This document shows positions 61,135 to 64,000 of a stretch of 64,000 bases of DNA, one piece after another. The DNA lies in NCBI GenBank assembly GCA_964016885.1, contig OZ024743.1, positions 192,944,001 through 193,008,000 of the forward strand, given 5' to 3'. Source of the DNA: Eledone cirrhosa (lineage: Eukaryota). The notes under the pieces are model-generated. The model searched no databases and had not been told where the DNA came from. It was given only the letters and a program-made list of their open reading frames with translations. Position 1 is the first letter of the stretch; each line of letters starts with the position of its first letter. Both the position numbers and the translations under genes were made by a program.

Positions 61135-63765
61135 AATTGAGAAAGATAGTCTAAATGTAGTTTATTTAAAGTGCATCCAGTACTAAAGACCTATATGCTT
61201 ACACACCAGATAATCTTGAATATTTTTCTGAAATCACAAGCCAATTTGTTGATATGAAAAAAAAAGAATTTTGTAATTCAATCTACATGCAAAATTTCTG
61301 AGAACATGCTGTATGGTTGATTTTTATTTTTTATTCAAGAAATTAACCAAAAGGCCAGCAATACTTACCCACATTTAAAACGAATTCCAACAATGGTCCG
61401 CTGACAACTATCACAAATAATTCCTTCATGCCAATATAAGTCTATAAAAAAAAAAAAAAAAGAATGATAACAGAAATATCATAATCATCATTTAAATGTC
61501 TACTTTTCCATGCTTGCATGTGTTGGACAGGTTCTCTCTAGAACAGCTACCTTCACTTGTAACGTTCTCTATTTCCTCTGCGAGGTTCAGCATTTTGAAA
61601 TCAACTAACTACCTCTGCTCAGGTCTTTCTTAGTCTTCCTCTACTGCAGCTTCCTTCCATTAGCATTACCTAGCACTTCCTCCAATATAACAATAGCAGC
61701 ATTTTTTAAAATTATTAAATATCAAGATGGTGAAGAAGAGGAATATAAAATGGTAGTTTTCTTCAACATTTGGTCAATATTTCAATGCATTTTCTCTACT
61801 ATTACTATTGTTACCAATACCTGAGAAATGAAGTTATGTATTACATTTTACTTCTTTGTATAATTCACCCAGCATATAATATATTAAGCTATGCAGCAAA
61901 ATTAATAGCTAAATAATTTGTTAAAAATGCAAAATTTCACAAAATAAACAGAACCTTTTCTTGTTTTGTTTAGGTGGTTATTGATACCTTCAGCAGTTTC
62001 TGGGATGTCTGAATGAATATTCCAATAAAGCATACAAACAAATTTCACAAAAACAACATTTTTAAGGGAAGGGTGGATGTGTTAGAAGCATGAAATGATG
62101 ATAATAGTGCACAACTAACTGCATGGAGTAGTTAGAAAAAATAAAGTAGCAGTCAAAATTGAATCAAATCAATTACATATTAATTCTATAACACCTATTG
62201 CTAATAACCTTTAATGCTTCAAATACTAAGGATGGAAATGACAAAACTGAATGCTCTAAGGATTTTTGGTGCTTGAACAATATTTTTGCATTCAAACAAT
62301 TTAAATATCTGACAGTTTCTGACAATTAAATAACATATATGTAAGACTGCATGACAAAATGAAAAAAAAGTTTGAGCAAAAGATAATTAGTGATTTTAGC
62401 TAATTTTAGGATGCTTTTTCTGAATATGTACAAGATACTCCCTATATACCAAATTTACAGAAATGAAATGTAGCATGCAGTACATCAATACATTAATAAT
62501 TGTTAAATAAACTGGAAAAAAACATCTTTTGTATGCATATTGATAATTTTGGCATCATAGGATTAAAGTACAAACACTTTAAGAGCTTTAACACATAAAA
62601 ATTATAAAAATGACCAATAAGTTACTTGCAAAAAATAAAGTAATAATGCTTACGATATTGGCCATCAGAAGGCAAAGTCTGGGTAGTACTTGTAACAGAG
62701 TCTTGGGTCTTATTTATTACATCCTGCAGGATTTCCGATTTCATTTCCTGAATCACCTATGAAGAAACAAACATTCATAAGTCAATAGATTCTTTACATT
62801 ATAGATACCAAACATTTGGAAGTGACAACTTATATGATCAGTTTCTAAAGTAAAATATTTCCCTAATCCATAGTGTTGACAACAATCATCATCATCACTG
62901 TTTAGTGTTCATTTTTCCATGCTTGCATGGGTTAGACAGGTTGTCCAGGTTGTCCATGTTGGGAGACAAGTCTGGCCAGAATTGGCCACGCCATACCTTG
63001 CTCCGACAAGGACTGTAAATTTGGCCACAGATTTTACAGCTGGATGTCCTTCCTAACACCAACCACATTTACAGTGTGGAACTGGATGGCACCGTTATGA
63101 GGAGGGACAAGCCAATTGCTGAACCCATCTCACAGCAGAACCATAGTTTTGGAACCCGATACTGGATGGCACCAATATGAAGGACAGGCCAGATGGCCGC
63201 GCTGAACCCTTCTCACAGCGGAGTCATAGTTTGCACACCACAACCGCATTTGCAGTGTCGAATCACTGAGGAAGGACAAGCCATTTGGCAGCAATGAGCC
63301 CTTCCCACTTTGGAAACCACAGTTTGGAAGTCTGGGGCTGGATGACACTGCTATGCGGAGGGACAGGCTTGTTGGCCATGCTGAACCCTTAATACAGTTT
63401 TTTTTTATATTATTACAAACGTTGGATTAGTTCCACAAAAAGATTCTATATTTACAACAGTCAGATTTTTTTAAATGATACAAAAAATTAATTTCATAAA
63501 TTAGCATTAATGACTAAGAGTAAAGAAAGAACCTTACTTGCTTCAGTAGCACAGGCAGAGTACTGATAGATATACAGTCAGGTTCCTGACTGCAATTTGA
63601 AAAAAGAGAAGTTGGTGCCTTCTCTCCAGATTCAGAGTCACATTGAGAGGATAATACATGGGGTTTATGTTCAGCTGTAACTGATTTGGTTTGAATAACA
63701 GTTGGTGCCACATGGTTATGAAGAATGGGGGGGCTTATTGTCAATTTTTTTAGATACGGTAGGAC
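16639..63765 (-). CDS. NBR1: NBR1 autophagy cargo receptor, spliced, 5'-incomplete (14 exons in window, 993 aa)
   Basis: Exons 63538-63765, 62654-62756, 61369-61441, 60855-61091, 52563-52715, 49080-49200, 48187-48301, 45007-45137, 44205-44511, 41567-41740, 35797-36030, 33803-34322, 23458-23569 and 16639-17112 are all flanked by AG/GT with matching phases and splice into one open frame. Domain order ZZ - coiled coil - FW - LIR2 - LIR1 - helix - UBA is diagnostic of NBR1 rather than SQSTM1/p62, which lacks FW. Confidence 0.95.
17260..20600 (-). mobile_element. Near full-length RTE LINE (APE + RT), frameshifted, in last NBR1 intron
   Basis: ORFs 19745-20512 (GTMNVGTL, IQETRW, SAYAPQ, GDLNGHVG), 19181-19666, 17881-19278 (QGSVLSPLLF, YADD) and 17358-17921; 5' boundary approximate. 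Confidence 0.96.
21204..22551 (-). mobile_element. 5'-truncated RTE copy, nearly identical to 17310-18215
   Basis: ORFs 21998-22573 and 21790-22116; full 3' UTR with internal tandem duplication. Confidence 0.93.
22590..22936 (+). mobile_element. tRNA-derived SINE with RTE-derived 3' tail
   Basis: A box tggcttagtgg, B box gttcaattc, central gtgtccttgagcaagacactt domain, tail aggaagggcatccagctgtagaaa...(tga)n shared with the RTE 3' end. Confidence 0.88.
23458..23569 (-). CDS. NBR1: NBR1 exon, probable juxta-UBA amphipathic helix
   Basis: ctcttgcag acceptor, CCT|GTGAGT donor, phase 2/0; PIFLPNPLTTMAVHVASKVVHAYSTAKDAFYSLQAKP; not in the ORF track. Confidence 0.85.
23870..24800 (+). mobile_element. 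R4/Dong-like RLE non-LTR retrotransposon 3' fragment
   Basis: GHLYAILEQEIPTK, YRLCKTKIEDISYIIANCERMSPHYYLSMKHD (decayed CCHC knuckle + RHD) and VAEVSCSLDVNVVRKMQEKDDI (RLE); multiple stops. Confidence 0.8.
32038..32248. mobile_element. piggyBac-type MITE
   Basis: TTAA-ccctttagcattta ... taaatgttaaaggg-TTAA. Confidence 0.8.
33803..34322 (-). CDS. NBR1: NBR1 exon, low complexity poly-His/poly-Gln
   Basis: catttcag acceptor, AG|GTAGAC donor, phase 1/2 bridging the flanking exons; 520-nt GC-richer open frame. Confidence 0.82.
35797..36030 (-). CDS. NBR1: NBR1 exon with main LIR motif
   Basis: Acidic run then DSDFFIVPLPDCFNLMKPL, comparable to vertebrate SEDYIIILPECFDTSRPL; LIR core FFIV at 35951-35962; phase 1/1. 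Confidence 0.93.
36300..36700 (+). mobile_element. Penelope-like GIY-YIG endonuclease fragment
   Basis: CQQTHVVYRIEYNKCKEFYIGSMTRALHTCIKEH...NLRIKE...PQINNK (VVY/YIG motif). Confidence 0.85.
37360..38240. mobile_element. Cluster of non-autonomous Helitron ends
   Basis: Palindromic ctagcagaaaaccacccgggggcggttttctgctagt at about 37710-37746, flanked by tctatat...(tctg)n starts on both strands. Confidence 0.6.
39200..40160 (-). mobile_element. RTE 3' fragment with duplicated tails
   Basis: Matches the RTE C-terminus (ERRLRWYGHV, GRP) and 3' UTR with tandem subunits. Confidence 0.8.
41567..41740 (-). CDS. NBR1: NBR1 exon, Ser/Pro-rich
   Basis: DVSPPKSPTPDMDQLTVSN(S)9VALLPDELDTDYNPFAKGWAPHYGSFYPKR; phase 1/1. 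Confidence 0.85.
44205..44511 (-). CDS. NBR1: NBR1 exon with LIR2-like DLLSFENL
   Basis: ttttcacag|GAATTT acceptor, G|GTAAGT donor; QDLLSFENLNM and PNNTP resemble vertebrate NBR1 QDLLSFELL and PHNTP. Confidence 0.9.
45007..45137 (-). CDS. NBR1: NBR1 exon, FW domain part 3
   Basis: GKYQSFWKLCHSSVLFGPRVCCSIEVVP...LLKE; phase 1/0. Confidence 0.93.
46478..47427 (-). mobile_element. Non-autonomous Helitron
   Basis: Minus-strand 3' end cccgagcaacgccgggctttaatgCTAGT (hairpin + CTAG), inserted in (TA)n; 5' end atctataataggcaga with (TG)n. Confidence 0.65.
47445..47822 (+). mobile_element. RTE 3' fragment
   Basis: QERRLRWFG-like segment, aacccatgcaagcg tail and (gat)n. Confidence 0.75.
47900..48017. 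repeat. Imperfect palindrome, about 57-bp arms and 3-nt loop
   Basis: 47900-47956 is the reverse complement of 47960-48017 with about 5 differences. Confidence 0.9.
48187..48301 (-). CDS. NBR1: NBR1 exon, FW domain part 2
   Basis: MRLKSGNICPLATEVTVPFLQPGEKGDVTVCLTAPDVPG; aaatag acceptor, G|GTCAGT donor, phase 0/1; not in the ORF track. Confidence 0.92.
49080..49200 (-). CDS. NBR1: NBR1 exon, FW domain part 1
   Basis: ATFVCDVTIPDGTKVYPLARLSKTWRMKNTGKFAWSEKTI; phase 2/0. Confidence 0.95.
51172..52260 (-). mobile_element. Internally deleted piggyBac element, copy 1
   Basis: TTAA on both sides, TIRs ccctttagcattca / tgaacactaaaggg; retains transposase N-terminus (SDSDFEGF; LDYFLLF...EEINRY). 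Confidence 0.88.
52563..52715 (-). CDS. NBR1: NBR1 exon, coiled coil
   Basis: IQVKMAKMLNKKKKEEKLMEWQMKYDEKLKRAYKQCCPMKKERMELRNSLG; gactag acceptor, GG|GTAAGT donor, phase 2/2; not in the ORF track. Confidence 0.88.
52820..53460 (+). mobile_element. Degenerate RTE RT fragment
   Basis: WELLYADDLVLIA and QERRLRWYGHV recognisable. Confidence 0.8.
54700..56690 (-). mobile_element. Degenerate Penelope-like RT
   Basis: FEVNMRATDSTEVTDLI (cf. FDVTMGSYDGAEVCELV) and INFLDVTLNLENG traces; many stops; boundaries approximate. Confidence 0.65.
56800..57882 (-). mobile_element. Internally deleted piggyBac element, copy 2
   Basis: Highly similar to 51172-52260; TTAA left, ATAA right; ORF 57206-57661 resembles a piggyBac transposase N-terminus (ALDYFLLFLPQTFFEVVAEEINRY...WRPIDAVEM). 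Confidence 0.88.
58610..60670 (+). mobile_element. Old RTE LINE, antisense to NBR1
   Basis: IQETR, ISAYAPQSG, WKLSYVDDLLLIA and MRTGWKKFRGLLPLL; many stops and deletions; RTE tail subunits. Confidence 0.88.
60855..61091 (-). CDS. NBR1: NBR1 exon, ZZ zinc finger second half
   Basis: NCPDYDLCENCENMPDIHDPTHVFLKLRRP; ttgcag acceptor, AA|GTAAAG donor, phase 2/2. Confidence 0.95.
61369..61441 (-). CDS. NBR1: NBR1 exon, ZZ zinc finger first half
   Basis: HLYWHEGIICDSCQRTIVGIRFKCG; poly-T acceptor, GG|GTAAGT donor, phase 1/2. Confidence 0.95.
62654..62756 (-). CDS. NBR1: NBR1 exon
   Basis: cttcatag|GTG acceptor, C|GTAAGC donor, phase 0/1; VIQEMKSEILQDVINKTQDSVTSTTQTLPSDGQY. Confidence 0.85.
63538..63765 (-). 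CDS. NBR1: NBR1 exon (linker after PB1 region)
   Basis: ttttag|GTCCTA acceptor and CAA|GTAAGG donor, phase 0/0; VLPYLKKLTISPP...PVLLKQ. Confidence 0.75.
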
Positions 63766-64000
63766 CTAAAATTTATAAAACAAAAAGTAGAATATATTAG
63801 AACTCATTAAAATATATCAACAAGTGTTTGAAGGCCAGCTTTCCTGCTCAAGCAGGGGTTAGCTTTGCAGGTTTCATAACAAGATTTTCTGTTTCACCCT
63901 ACCCTCTGCATCCTTCCTAGCTTTCATTTCCTCCTCCATTATCTTTAGTCAAATCCTTCTCGATCTTCCACTTTCTCTATTTTCTTCCACATCCACTTTC

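Noticed and set aside
16639-63765. SQSTM1/p62 identity
   Set aside because: The FW domain, NBR1-type LIR contexts and length indicate NBR1.

Overview
AT-rich, microsatellite-dense animal genomic DNA. The repeat content suggests a cephalopod such as Octopus, but that is inference. The window is dominated by one minus-strand spliced gene, the selective-autophagy receptor NBR1. I traced 14 GT-AG exons from 63765 down to a TGA stop at 16639, and the intron phases match throughout (2982 nt, 993 aa plus stop). They encode a ZZ zinc finger, coiled coil, FW domain, two LIR-like motifs, a poly-His/Gln exon, a juxta-UBA amphipathic helix and a UBA domain. The PB1-encoding 5' end should lie beyond 64000. 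Introns and the 3' flank are filled with RTE LINEs (one near full length), tRNA-derived SINEs, Penelope-like fragments, Helitrons, piggyBac derivatives, an R4/Dong-like RLE LINE fragment and a mariner-type MITE. The most notable observations are: two CxxC-x4-CxxH motifs inserted between the NBR1 amphipathic helix and UBA; an apparently intact minimal hammerhead ribozyme in a Penelope pseudo-LTR, plus two degenerate hammerhead-like structures in NBR1 introns (one a 118-bp fold-back); Trp-to-Cys loss in the FW domain; a 41-bp tandem repeat built from the NBR1 stop-codon region; and a PHD-like C4HC3 finger inside the RTE ORF. All calls are by eye, with no database searches.
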